Assembly (NCBI RefSeq): GCF_026571515.1
Contig: NW_026859993.1
Location: forward strand, 124,001 to 188,000
DNA: 64,000 nt
Reading direction: 5' to 3'
Source: Ruditapes philippinarum
Lineage: Eukaryota
Each line of letters begins with the position of its first letter. Within the stretch, counting starts at the first letter, position 1. The notes under the pieces were generated by a model. That model was not told the DNA's origin and ran no database searches. It saw only the letters and a program-made list of their open reading frames with translations. The position numbers were made by a program, and so were the translations under genes. Of this stretch, positions 13,251 through 25,451 are shown one piece after another.

Positions 13251-14537
13251 CTAGGATTTTGCAATGCCGATAAATATGATCATATTCATTACTGACATAA
13301 ACAAGAAGGCAAAAAAGGCAATCCAGTCAATCATGTAACTTATCTTCTTCCACGTTATTGGGTTGTTCTCTTCATCTATTTTTCTCAGCTCATCAACACT
13401 TCCCTTTCTCTTATATTTAGCTGCGTTTTCCTCAATTTTCTTACTTTTAGTCGAGCCAATCGCGCCTTTTGGTTTTTCCTCAGCGGTTTTGTCTGGGTGA
13501 ATTCTGCTGCGGGTACATATCAAAAACCGGTAAACTGACTTGAGCCATCCCGGGACGATAACCTTGTCGTCTCTTCTGTATAGACGCATGTTTACGATGG
13601 TGACACACACTATCAATGCACTCATAATCAAGTCAATCATTAACTTGTAGGAAATAAGAGGTACCGGTCGTGAAGTTTTAGGCAACAAATCATTGACAAT
13701 TGTCATGTACACGGCAATAGCAAGAAGTGTCGTAATACAGTATCCAATACGTTCTCCCGATTCTGGCACAAGAAGAAACACAAGAACATTTAATAAGCTT
13801 AGAATGAATATGGGCACCATGATATTTATCACAGCAAACGTTGCGTCCCTTTTCAAATGCATTGTGAACTTTATTTCAGACACACTACCAGTTAATATTA
13901 CCGGTTCAACTTCTGATCCCGTAACATCCCATAAAGAGTCACCAATATATTCAGTTAAATTGATTTTTTGAAATCCAGCATGAAAGGTCACCTCATAGCT
14001 TCTGTAACCTATGGACGTAAAATTTGTGTCGCAACTTTGAGTGTCAAATGGAAATTTCTTAGCGTTAACATTACACGTGCTTTCTATGAGACCCCCTGGT
14101 ATCCATTCCATTGTACCATTTTGGTCAACACGAACTCTGTCAGATGATTTCCTAAATATTGACCCTGTTGAAGAGGGACTTGATAATTCAATTTCCGGTA
14201 CCCATACATCATCGTGGGACACTGTAATCTCTTCGATGCCGCCATTGGTAGTTTTGTCCCAAAGTAACTTTTCATCTGTCCATCGAAGTGTCAACGCTGC
14301 AACAAAAGAAAACTTTCCAGCCGCTTCGTCGAACTCTCGGATTGACTTTACATACATATACACGTATACGTCTATAGTCGAGCTTTGATCAGTTACTGGT
14401 CGAACAGTTTTGTTATAGCCACCGAACAATGACTTATGTAGTTCCTTCATCTGAGCGATTGTTGCAGCGTCTATAAGCTGTATTATTATGAAGAACCTTA
14501 AGGCTCGGAAAACAGAAATATATCTTTTAAACACCAT
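13251..14537 (-). CDS. Cys-loop ligand-gated ion channel (nAChR-like) subunit, copy C1; intact, single coding exon
   Basis: 428-aa ORF with signal peptide, WVPE loop A, Cys-loop CNVNAKKFPFDTQSC, M1-M3 (ESGERIGYCITTLLAIAVY), short intracellular loop and M4. Confidence 0.95.
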   Translation of the reverse strand: MVFKRYISVFRALRFFIIIQLIDAATIAQMKELHKSLFGGYNKTVRPVTDQSSTIDVYVYMYVKSIREFDEAAGKFSFVAALTLRWTDEKLLWDKTTNGGIEEITVSHDDVWVPEIELSSPSSTGSIFRKSSDRVRVDQNGTMEWIPGGLIESTCNVNAKKFPFDTQSCDTNFTSIGYRSYEVTFHAGFQKINLTEYIGDSLWDVTGSEVEPVILTGSVSEIKFTMHLKRDATFAVINIMVPIFILSLLNVLVFLLVPESGERIGYCITTLLAIAVYMTIVNDLLPKTSRPVPLISYKLMIDLIMSALIVCVTIVNMRLYRRDDKVIVPGWLKSVYRFLICTRSRIHPDKTAEEKPKGAIGSTKSKKIEENAAKYKRKGSVDELRKIDEENNPITWKKISYMIDWIAFFAFLFMSVMNMIIFIGIAKS

Positions 14538-17500
14538 TCTCTAAAAGTAAGATTGACGAAATGAAACAGAATATTAAACTTTAAATTTCTTTTGCTCTAT
14601 CACAATAATAGTACCATCACTGATGACAGAGTTCCATTTAAACTACAAAAAAGGTGTATTTCCTTTAATAGGCTAGTATTTTTTAGGGGCGCTCCAATCA
14701 TTAGCACATGTAATGCATTGGTCGAAATTGCAGTGCGGTGTAACGTTTCATATTAGATCTAACCATACAAAAGAAAATATTCATTTTAATACACAATTGC
14801 TTTACAATCAACTGTCCATATTCAATAAATCATTTTGAAGATTAAAATATGGTTACATAATATGCTAATTTATTTGCAAATGATATGTAAATTAGACTAC
14901 ATTTGTATGGCTGCTATTTTTGCCAAAAGTTCATCCTTGTTGATCATAGTTGAGCAGTTTGTTTACGTACAAATTACAGTCGTATTTCTTGGTATGTAAA
15001 CCCCAGTGTTGCAGCCTTGAATTGAGTTTGTCGATTAAACATTGTAAACATGTATTTCAACAAAATACATTTTATTAAACGACAAAATATTAACTAGATT
15101 TCTGAAAGTAGCAATACCAAGTGCTTACCATAACATACGTAATACTAATTGTTCGTGCATACGCCGACAAAACAATATTTACTTTCTTTGGTCTACATTG
15201 TCAAATTAACATGATTCGGATTAGCATAATCCAATTGAACACATTTGCAATAAACGATAAACAAGCTCCGCCAATTTTCCTACCACTACGTCATCGTAAA
15301 TAAACGTATTAATCCGCTCATTTTAGTTTTAGGTATTTACCGTCAACAGCTGGTTCTCTTAATCACAAGGAAGCAAAGAAGCAACAACACGCACCGACGT
15401 AGTTTTCATTTCAGGAGCCTTTAAGGTGTTTGCAAATCATGACAGTTATTCACCAAACATAATTCACTTGCATTCTATGCCTTTATTCAATCAAGTCAAC
15501 ATCTGATAAAGATTTTGCTTCGACCAGATATTAATACAAACCAAATTCTGACTGTTGTCTTTCCCTGTTGTAGCATTTACTATTACATTAGTAACCTATA
15601 TACTATAGCGCATGACTTGACAAGAAAATGATTTTAACAATTATAAAATTGAAATCAAAGTTGTATGTAGCAACTACCTCTTCGTGTTTAACATTTTATT
15701 TTTACCATACTGTATAGATATATATTTTCCTAATTTACATTATTTTTAATAATAATATTTAAATGACTCCCAAGGTAAGTATGTTGATTATCAATTTATG
15801 TATACCTTGGTTATCTTATCTCTAAGAAAGTCATCACTTACAAAAATTAATAAATATTCTATGTAGTATTACTTGTGCATAAAATAATTCAGAAAGTCTA
15901 GGTAACAGCTATTGACAGCATGTATACACAGATCTTAACGCTGTCATTGATTGAGGAAATTGCATAAAAAGGGGTTCGCTGATGAGCTTAAGCTACATCA
16001 GCTTGCATATAATAATTTTTTTTCATAATAAAAGCCATAATCTACGTTGGCACAGAGGCAGTTACTATGTCGTTGCCATAACTTAGTCAAAATTTGATGT
16101 CTGATTAATGGAGCTTGGACAGTGACCTTCTAATACGATCCGTAAGACATGTATCAAGTTTAAAGTGAATATCTCCAGTATTTTTTAAAGACTAATCTTT
16201 CTTGTGAAGCTTTAACAGCGCAGGAATAAGTTTAAACATTCATATTTATATAAAGTGAAATGTTTGGTTAATTAATTCGTGTGCATGACGAAATAGTATT
16301 TTGTGCGCACGAGATAAATAAAAACACATGTCACCTATGTGACACCGTATAAATCAGATCCCTTGACTCAAAATATTTCCTAATGGATGTTAACAGAGAT
16401 GCTAGGATATACTGAATATGTAATTCAAAATCAAACTGTGACAAAAACACAAGTTTTTGGTTATACCACAGGATTATCAATAGTAAACTTTGTGTAATTC
16501 CACGTTATGCACTTTGTCAAAAATTTTGATTTTTTTTCTACAACCTAATATAGTCCTTCAAAGAAAGAAGGCACGGACTTACTGGTCTCATTATTTATGT
16601 TGACAAAAGATAAATCCATGTATTGCATTCTCGTATTGTCTGCTGAATGTAAAACAAAAGAATACGAATATTTCTGTGAACGAATTCAACAATTCCGTTA
16701 TATTTTATCTTAACCACTTTTTTATTACATGAATATCTTTGCTAGAATACGTTTAAACAAAATAAGAAGACTTTTTTAAGGTCAACTATTATGGAGTTGA
16801 TATATGTCTTGAGAAGGAAAAACTATATTTGATGAAACTCACTGAGACGTGACATTATTATCTCACCTAGAAATCCAAAACCTTCAGAATGTACATGGAA
16901 CGCACCATTTTGTTTTATGGACATTTCCATATTGCTATCATGAAGTTTAACTTTTAGTTTAGAGTTAAACACAGTAATTGTGATCATTCATCAAAAGAAA
17001 CAAGGTTTATAAAAAAGGGCAAATATGTTATTTCTCATCACACATTGTATCTGAACTACAATATTAATGTTGTGATGACTGACATTTAGTACACACCCAC
17101 GAGGTGGAGCTATTTAGATAGTTGTTTTTAATATGTTATGTATATCATGTATTGTATAGAGAGTTACAGTGTATGTATGAATGTAAAACAATAAAGCTGT
17201 ATTATAAGCTATGGTGTTGATTTTATCAATCCTCAAATAAACAGAATGTTACAAATGTCATTTTGCGTTTTAAATAATTTCTTCGTTTTCTGGAAATAGG
17301 TAGTGTTCCCCTTTCAAATTGGACGAGTCTACTTGTTTGTTGCATGAGAATCTATTTCAAGGTTTAATTGTCCAGTCAGTTATATAGCCCGTTTCAAGTA
17401 AAACGTATTTACATAGTGATCTAGCGTGAGTGAACGACATAGTTCGTCATTGTTCATGAATTTATCGGTTACGGCAATCAAGTCGGCATCATACATGTAT

Positions 17501-18149
17501 GTACAAGTCACCAGCAGCATTGTTTTCCTACGATTTTGTTTCTGAGAACTATATAAAGCCTTTTTAAATAAACAAATTTTCTAGCTTCTTTATCTGGACT
17601 TTTTACCATTTTTATTAATTTAGTGCTGTCCTTGAAAGAATTCTGGTAAACAAACTTGTTTAATTTGAAATATTTTTTACTCATTAATACTGTAGAGTAA
17701 AAGTTGCCTGCTCTGGTAAAAAAAACCCCTTTTTTTTTTTTTCCCTTAAAATTTTTTTTGGGAAATTGAAAATTTTTTTCTTAAATGTAAAAAAGTTGTG
17801 TTGTCAATGAGAGTTTTATATTCATTTTTAATTCAAGGAAAAACTTAAAGTGTTTTTTTCTAATGATTTTGGGGGTTTTTGAAATTTAATTTTGGGGCGT
17901 AGTTTTTTTGGCCCTTCCCTTTTCCCAAAAACCCCCTTAATCCTGGTTTTCTTGAAAAATTTTAAAATTTTTTTCTTTTTTTTGTGGCCGGTTTTTCGTT
18001 TTTTTCCCATTTTTTGGTGCCCTTTTTTCTCTGGGTAAAAAATTGTTTTTTTTTCTGGTTTTTTTTTTCTCGTTTTTTTGGTTTTTTTTTGGGGTTCCGG
18101 TTTTTTTAAATTTTTGTAAATTCTGTTTTTAAAAATAAACTTTTTTCTT

Positions 18150-19213
18150 TTTTGCCCCACCGTTTGGGGGGGGTTTGGGTTTCCTCCCCCGGGGCTGTCT
18201 GTCTGTCTGTCAGTCTGTCTGTCTGTCTGTCAGTCCGGTCACAAAACCGTCCGATCCACAAAACTATCACCGCGATAACGTAAAAAGTACTGAAAATATT
18301 TTTATGAAACTTGATATATGGATAGATGGCAGTCTTTGGAGATTATGCAATTTTTTTTTTCTTCTTTATGTTTGAAAATTCTGGTTGCTATGGCAACAAA
18401 TAGTCTGAAAATATGGCAAATTTAACACATAAACTGGATCCAGTGATAACTCAAAAAGTACTGAAAATATTTTTATGAAACTTAAAATATGGGTAGATGG
18501 CAGTCTGGAGATTATGCACATCTTTTTTTTCTTTTCTTCCTATGTTTTGAAAATTATGGTTTGCTATGGCAACAAATAGCCTGAAATTTCAAGATTTCTG
18601 ATTAAAATTTTTCAGCTTTATCACTATATTTTCTTTATTTCTTAAGGTGTTTACTTCAAACTTTAAATATAAGTTTCTGGTCATCAACCACATCATATGT
18701 GACAAGGTTTATAACTCTAGCACAAAAATTATCAGTATTACCTCCCTTGTACTTAGATTTTTTAGGGGGAAAAAATGTTGTCTTTTTTAAATAACTTCTT
18801 TATTTCCTAATCTACTTCAAACTTCATATATATGTTTCTTATTATCACTCGACATTTTTGAGAAGGTTAAATACTCTAGCAAGACTATTTCCAGAATTAT
18901 GTCCCCCTTGAACTTAGATTTTTTTCGAGAAATTGGTATTTTCACTCCAACTTCTTCATTCATTATAGGATTTACTTTAAAATCCCACATCGTAATAATA
19001 TGACAAGGTTGTATAAACATAATTTCCTTACTAGGCATGGAAATTTAACACATTACTTTGATATAGACAAACTTAGAACTCAAAAGATTTAAGTTTATTC
19101 ATGTCATTCATTCACTGGTAAAATTGAATGGCAAATGGCCCATCAGAATGTTGCTGGCGTTCTAACCGGTAGGGGACTTATGGATTGCTTGCAATACTAT
19201 GATAATTGCTTGT
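18150..19213 (+). mobile_element. HINE/pearl-like non-autonomous element with a (CTGT)n microsatellite
   Basis: ccccaccg / cggtagggg subterminal IR, (ctgt)n at 18195-18235, internal repeats at 18280-18590 and a cttgttt end. Paralogous flank homology resumes at 19212. Confidence 0.65.
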
Positions 19214-20379
19214 TTCTTATCCTTTTCATTTGTTCTTTTTCTTTTCAACGTACACCATATGTCAGTATAAATGGTTGATCGAGTTATATATTTGTCTTAC
19301 TTCTAGTCAATGGAAAAATTACGTAACGCACCAGTGAAAATCCATCATATTGTGTGTTTTTAATTCTTATAATATTTTTACCTCTAATGATTCGTTTAAT
19401 ATTTTATAAGTGTACCTATTCTTACACTGCATTTTAACATGTGAAGTGCAACCTTAGCATGGCTAAATATTATTCCATACCTTCTTATAATTGAAACCAA
19501 TTATACGTTAATTAAAATTCTGTCCTTGTATCATGAATAAAAAATAAATAATCATAAATAGATTTTAATAAATTGTATATTCGAATTCCACGTACAAAAT
19601 ATTCGACTACGCAATTGGTTATTTTTTATATTAATTTGATATGAATTGTTCAACAACAGTTTAGATGAATTATATTGAATTCATGTAATTGTCAATGATT
19701 TAACTGGGTATCAGTTGTTCAACAATAAAATTAAAATAACTAGTGAGGGTTGTTTACAAAGATTTAAACACGTATATGTTACTTCTCTTGTCAATATTCT
19801 TTATTTAATTCACATTTAAATCTCTAATGATAGCATCGTTCTCGTTCTTTTTAGTTAAAGGGGAATGCTGAGGGACTGTTTTTTTATATAAATTATGACA
19901 TGACGGGATATGACCAAAGACGTGTGAAATTGGCGTAAACAAGAACAAAAATGCACGGGAAGAGCTCATCAACTCGGTATGATAAAAATCTAAAAATTCG
20001 TTTTGTTGAAAGTACTGATAATGAAACTGATAAAACATCAAATAACCACTGATAAAACACCGAATAACCACAAAAAACTATTTTATATAATAATGTAGGA
20101 AATCAATTAAAACATTCCTACCCCCGCAAACACCCATGTCCTGACATAATATCACTTGTTATATTCAAAATGCTTCTAATAAGCTACGGAACAGGTAAAA
20201 GTCAGCCGAACATTTCTGATATTATAACACGCGTTTTTCAATCTATTTAGTCTAGATATAGGACAAAAGTTAATTACTGTCCAATTTTTTTGGAAAAGGA
20301 AGACCCAAGATTCCAACCCGTGCTTTATCATAGAAACATATGGAATATAAATCATAAAATAAACAGCAGATCATCGGTA

Positions 20380-20957
20380 ATAAAATCTGGAAACAAAGTG
20401 ATCCCTCGGAAGCATTAACCACAACAAAATTACAAGAGAATTGCATTGAGTATGTACATGAGGGATTATGAATACGTGCAACATCTCTCACGTCCCCTAG
20501 AACCGGCTTGAATGGTACTCAATTCTCAACACTTAATAGTGCTGGCATCAATGATCCCGAAGGACCAGAAAAATATAACAACACTGAAGTGAAGTACGGG
20601 GCAACTTTTTACAACTGCCACACAGCACTTGACACCTGCTGCTGTGAAGTATAAAATCTGGAAACAAAATGATCCCTCGGAAGCATTAACCACAACAAAA
20701 TTACAAGAGAATTGCAGACTCGGTTTGATTGAGTCTGTACATGAAGGATAATGAATACGTGCAACATCCCTCACGCCCCCTAGCACCGGCTTGAGTGGTA
20801 CTCAATTCTCAACACTTAATAGTGCTGGCATCAATGATCCCGAAGGACCAGAAAAATATAACAACACTGAAGTGAAGTACGGGGCAACTTTTTACAGCTG
20901 CCACACAACACTTGACATCTGCAGTTGTGAAGTTTAAAAATCTGGAAACAAAGTGAT
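20380..20957. repeat. Tandem repeat, unit about 270-285 bp, about 2.1 copies
   Basis: Unit starts aaaatctggaaacaaa at about 20381, 20653 and 20937. A related fragment lies at 37396-37502. Confidence 0.85.
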
Positions 20958-22510
20958 ACAAGTCTTGTAAGTCTTGCTTGTATTGGAATTACTTTCCTTA
21001 CCAGGTAGGCATCAGTGAAAGCATTATTTTTAATTAATATCTGACCCCTCTCTCATAGATAGTGCATATAATAAGTATAATTATGCGAATTTAAACGATC
21101 TACAAAACATCCGGAATGATTTACAATAGTACTTGACCTAAATAGAAAATGACCTGTGCGCAGTCCTGAATATTAGGTAAGGTGTCTGTAAACGAGTTTT
21201 TTTATTGCGCGGAGCTTCTCATTTGATGCATTGCAGCAACATTTATACTTGTAGACAAAAAGTCTTTATTTAGAATAGTTCTGTTCTATTTAATCGATAA
21301 TGTTTGTCAATGTGTGCTTTTTTTAATTACAGTCTAATCTTTGTCCAGAATTGGTCTTTAAAAGAAGTGTATCTGTATTTGAGTTATTCGTTTCATAAAA
21401 TATCTGGCCAGATTCTCTGCATTATCACAGAAAACATGAATCATATAAATAAATGAATTCAGGTACCCCCACTTGATGATATTCAATAAGTGTCTAATAG
21501 ATTATATAATAATCGATGTGATTTCAATTGGTATAATTTTTATATTTTGCATATTTTGCATATTAATCAAGTATTTATAAATATAACAGTCTACCAACTG
21601 CGTAGATGTTCGTGTTAGAATATTGAGTTCACTTACCGAAACGACAGATTCATGTAGGAACACATATATTTCACAATGTTCCATTTTTTTTTGAATTACT
21701 AACCCCATTGTTTACTGTCAAATAAATAAAAAGGTTTCAAAAACTTAGAAATAACATAAATTAGTTAACGAGGTTTATTTCGGCCGAGTATCTTGTTTAA
21801 AAAAAAATTCTGGCAGTCATATGAGATATTTATGGCATCTATGATAAAATGCATTGCTGTCAAGGGTCTGTCGCGGCGTATTGGAACTGTCAGACAGTAT
21901 TCTGATATATTCAGATTTTCATTTTTTTTTTGCGAAATCTGGTAGTTTATTATACTAATGTAGACTAATGATTGTGATTACAAAAGGTTTTGTCGACACT
22001 TGTCCGAAGGAAGAGATTAAGAAAATCCCCTTTTCATCTTGATATTTATAACGTGATTGTAAGTTCTTTGTGAAATTCTCATAAATTTTATTTTACCACA
22101 ATACCTGCTATATAACAACAATATATAATCAATAAGTCTTGTATAAGAATGCCACCTTATCTCATGAATGTTTTGAGAGACATCGGTGTATATATAACCT
22201 TTCTTCCTTATAAGTCCTTAATTTTTGTATTTTAACATATGATCATATTGATTACTGACACAACAGTACAAATACAAAAAGCAATAAAGTCGATCAAATA
22301 ACTTATTTTTTTCCATTTAATAAGACCATCGTCTCTATCTGCTTTTACCAGTTCGTAAGAACTTTTCTTTGCTTATCATTTAGATGAATTTTCTTGATTA
22401 ACATTTCTTTCCTTTATATTGTTTACACGTTCTTGTTTGCTTTCCCCGGTGTCACCTGGTCAGTACAGATTAAAACTCTAAATACAGACTTCAGACAAGT
22501 TGGTACACTA

Positions 22511-22879
22511 TGTGCGTGTGTTTAGATTTGTTTATACTGGGTGCCGGTTCCGATATGTCCCATACTATTACGTCGCTGGTCGTAGAGCCTGCAACGGAAG
22601 ACTTAGTTCGTCTGCAACGTCGCCGATCGTAAGGCCGCAACGGAGGTCTTCTCATGCCGTCTTTCGTCATAGATATTCTCTAGGACCCAGTTCCTCGCTT
22701 CCTAAACGCAGTAGACAATATAGAGGAAAGGCACCTCTTGCGGGAGCAGCAGCTCTCTTTAGGGCCAAACCCTTCGCCGTTGGTTAGGTCACACCAGCTA
22801 AGTGACCTAACTAAGTCACCCATCTGGTGTGACCTATGCCTTGCGAGCGACGTGCACGCCGCGAAGGGAAATCGGAAGA
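22511..22879 (-). mobile_element. 369-bp GC-rich non-coding retroelement with an 11-bp TSD and a 5' HDV-like ribozyme fold
   Basis: Flanked by ttggtacacta (22500-22510) and ttggtacccta (22880-22890), a motif present once in intact paralogs. AC-rich 3' tail on the minus strand. Confidence 0.85.
22770..22878 (-). ncRNA. Candidate HDV-like (CPEB3-type) self-cleaving ribozyme
   Basis: P1 CUUCCGA/UCGCAAG (1 mismatch), P2 CCCUUCGC/GCGAAGGG, P3 GCG/CGC, L3 UGCACGU, P1.1 GC/GC, 13-bp P4 UAGGUCACACCAG/CUGGUGUGACCUA, J4/2 ACCAA. Confidence 0.75.
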
Positions 22880-23717
22880 TTGGTACCCTATTGTTATCGT
22901 CTTTACTATATAGTCGCTTGTTTATGATGGTGACAAAAACTATTAGGGCGCAAATGAGCAAATCTTTAAAAATTTTATAAAAAATAGTCCGTAGCCAATC
23001 AATACAAGACGTTCACAGATTTGTTGACTTTAACGCCCGTGCCGTCTATGATCTTTACAGTTTTCTATTCAGTTAGTAGTTATTTTGAATTCAGTTTTAA
23101 AAATCCCACGGTATTGTCCAGATTGAAAGATATCGTTGACTAGGTTAACATTATGTCTTAACAATGCTGATGTGAAGTCTTAAAGTTGAGTTCTTAAATG
23201 AGAACTAACAATTAAAAAGGCAGTAAACAATAACAATAAGGCTGAAATCTGTTTAGTTATCTAAAGTGTCATATAATTGTAATTATCATTAAACGTTTTG
23301 AATATCTTATTACACAGGATCTCTTTCATAATGCAGTAATATTTCAGAACTTATATTTGTCAATTAATATTACCTTAATATTACTGAAATGCATATTTTA
23401 GTTCTTATTCAAAAGTTTTTTTTTACCAGCTATATACGGAAGTCAATTAAATTATACATAGATATTTTAATCTTTCAAAGAGTTTATTATCAAATTTCCT
23501 ATTTATCGAAAATTCGACTCTCTTTGTAAAGGAATATAAGTATTTAAATAGCAATTAATTTTAATGAAATAAACTCCAAATTCAATCAACGACAATCCCT
23601 AGTAGATATGATTGTTAAATTTTATCCTGTAAAATTGGAAATGACAACCTTTAATTTAGCCACTATTACTCTTCTTAATTTATTGCCTTAAAAGACTGAA
23701 TTGGTTTAATTTTACAC

Positions 23718-23815
23718 TGGAAGTTTTTCTACTCAGGTAGCTGCTTGTGTCTGAAATAATGCACATAAGAGCACCTGATCTCTTCCTCAACCATTTAAGC
23801 TGGAATATTGCCATA
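23718..23815 (+). mobile_element. SINE fragment of the same family as 37830..37990, abutting the mariner
   Basis: ctgaaataatgcac...cacctga.tcttcct.acca.t.aagct.gaa...gccata shared with 37915-37978. Confidence 0.5.
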
Positions 23816-24310
23816 TACGAGGATTGATCAAAAAGTTCTCGGCCCGATGTACTTCCGGTAGTCAGAGAACCTATCTAATGGTCTTATTTCTCAATATAAA
23901 CGCCCTCTATATCAATGCACTTTGCCCACCTATGCTCAAACTTGTTAAATTCTTCAAAGGTCTCTATTTTGGTCATAAAAGAACTCATTGACCTCATCCA
24001 TGACACCTTCATTGCTTCCAAAACATCTACCATGAAGCTTGGTTTGCAGGTTCGGAAACATGTAGAAGTCAGAGGGGGCCAAGTCCGGTAAGTATGGGGG
24101 TCAGGGAGGAAGAATTTTAAAGATGCAGTCAGTTGCAGCAGTTATCGCAACTTGGCATGTGTGAGCTGGCGCATTGTCGTGTAGGAGCAGAACGCCTTGA
24201 CTCAGTTTGCCCCTCGTTTTACGCACGATTTCTTGATGCAGACGTCTCAATTCGTCCGCATAGTACGTGCCGTTTATGGTACGACCTTGCTCAAGATGGT
24301 CAATCATGAT
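23816..24310 (-). mobile_element. Mariner (DD34D) transposon, 3' fragment
   Basis: TINGTYY...LLHDNAPAH followed by PYLPDLAPSDFYMF after a stop codon. TA plus cgaggattgatcaaaaagtt terminal repeat at 23816. Confidence 0.88.
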
Positions 24311-24399
24311 TATTCCCTGACTACCCGAACCAGAAAGCGGTTGAACCGGGTGATGCTCTCCGTATCGGACACAGGAAAGTATACCTTTTGTAGTGTCAA

Positions 24400-24860
24400 A
24401 GTTATGTCACAGACAAAGTTCAAAGTATAAAAATGTACAGGGCCATAACTCCAAAATGAGGCAAGGCAGATTATGGTTCTTTTGGAATGCACATCTTCCC
24501 TATGAGATCTATCTACCTACAAAGTGTCTTTTTCATAACTATTATACTTTTAAAACTATGTCTTGGACAGTGTTCAAAGTGTACAAATGAACAATAGGCA
24601 ATAACTCCAAAATAAAGAAAGGAAGAGTTTAGGCTCTTTTGCACTGCACTTAATTTAATTTTATTTAATTTAGTGAGATCAATCTACGTACAAATTTTCA
24701 TGTTGATACCTCTCATGGTTTCAGAGATATGTCCTGGACATAGTTCAAAGTAAAAAAATGAACAAAGGGCGATAACTCTAAAATTTGGAAAGGCAGAGTT
24801 ATGGTTCTTTTGCACTGAACTTTAATTATATGAGATCTATCTGCCTATAAAGTTCCATGT
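24400..24860. repeat. Degenerate tandem repeat of about 155-170 bp, about 3 copies (HINE-type central repeat)
   Basis: ggc.ataactc.aaaa recurs at about 24441, 24597 and 24768, each followed by gagatc.atct. Confidence 0.7.
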
Positions 24861-25439
24861 TGTCGTGCTACGCCCTCGTGATATAATTCCTCGCATCCAA
24901 ACTCCAAACAGTTATGTTATAAAATCACCGATTTGGATATATTATTTCGATTCTAACACATCAACACATAAATGCTGCCGTACCTGATATTAACCTAAAC
25001 TTCGCCTGATTGTTTCCGTATATATTTTGAAATTTTTGAGCGCGTCACATTCCTAGTAGTTACGTCACGTGTATACTGATTACGTCACAGGTCTAAATAT
25101 AGACCGTCAAACTGTGATTTTGTTGCATAATAACACACACTTCACACTTGGGGAAAAATGCGGATGGTGTTAGAATAACTATTAATAAATCGTGACGTCA
25201 CTATTAATCCGGTTTTTACAGAAACATTACTTTCATTTTGACGTCATGTAAACAAAGGAATCATATAAATAACTCGAATGTAACATTAATAGGAAATGAA
25301 ATATAATGTTAAGAAATATTTATACTGTTTGTACATGTATTTGCTAATTATTTGAGTAAAACCAATTAAAAAGAAATATTTAATGTTGCAAATTTGTTGT
25401 AAATATTTTACAATCCTGACTCGGTACCAGCCTGACAAA

Positions 25440-25451
25440 TGGTGTCAGAAG
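25440..25451 (+). promoter_or_regulatory. Primer-binding site (tRNA-Leu type)
   Basis: tggtgtcagaag begins 2 nt after the LTR-terminal CA. Confidence 0.7.

Larger units (their letters stand above)
1..20390. repeat. Segmental duplication, copy 1 (receptor trio A-B-C plus flanks); partner about 41576..52850
   Basis: Co-linear matches: 1-4750 with 41576-46255, 12960-14910 with 48490-50430, 19212-20385 with 50643-50860 and 51960-52850. The copies differ in TE content. Confidence 0.85.
22237..22965 (-). pseudogene. nAChR-like receptor fragment D (M3 to M4), interrupted by an insertion
   Basis: LICALIVFVTIINKRLYSKDDNNRVP on the right of the insert and DGLIKWKKISYLIDFIAF...VINMII on the left. No extracellular domain upstream. 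Confidence 0.85.

Noticed and set aside
13693-14388. Recurrent + strand ORFs (MTIVMYTAIARS..., also at 2507, 35526, 44109 and 49217)
   Set aside because: Antisense shadows of the conserved receptor CDS.
17715-18195. Lys-rich 110-aa ORF (17828..18160) in a homopolymer-rich tract
   Set aside because: Almost entirely short homopolymer runs, typical of low-quality read sequence. The protein is a compositional artefact.
22500-22980. Overlapping 80-95-aa ORFs across the GC-rich insert
   Set aside because: No recognisable motifs; explained by high GC and the flanking receptor remnant.
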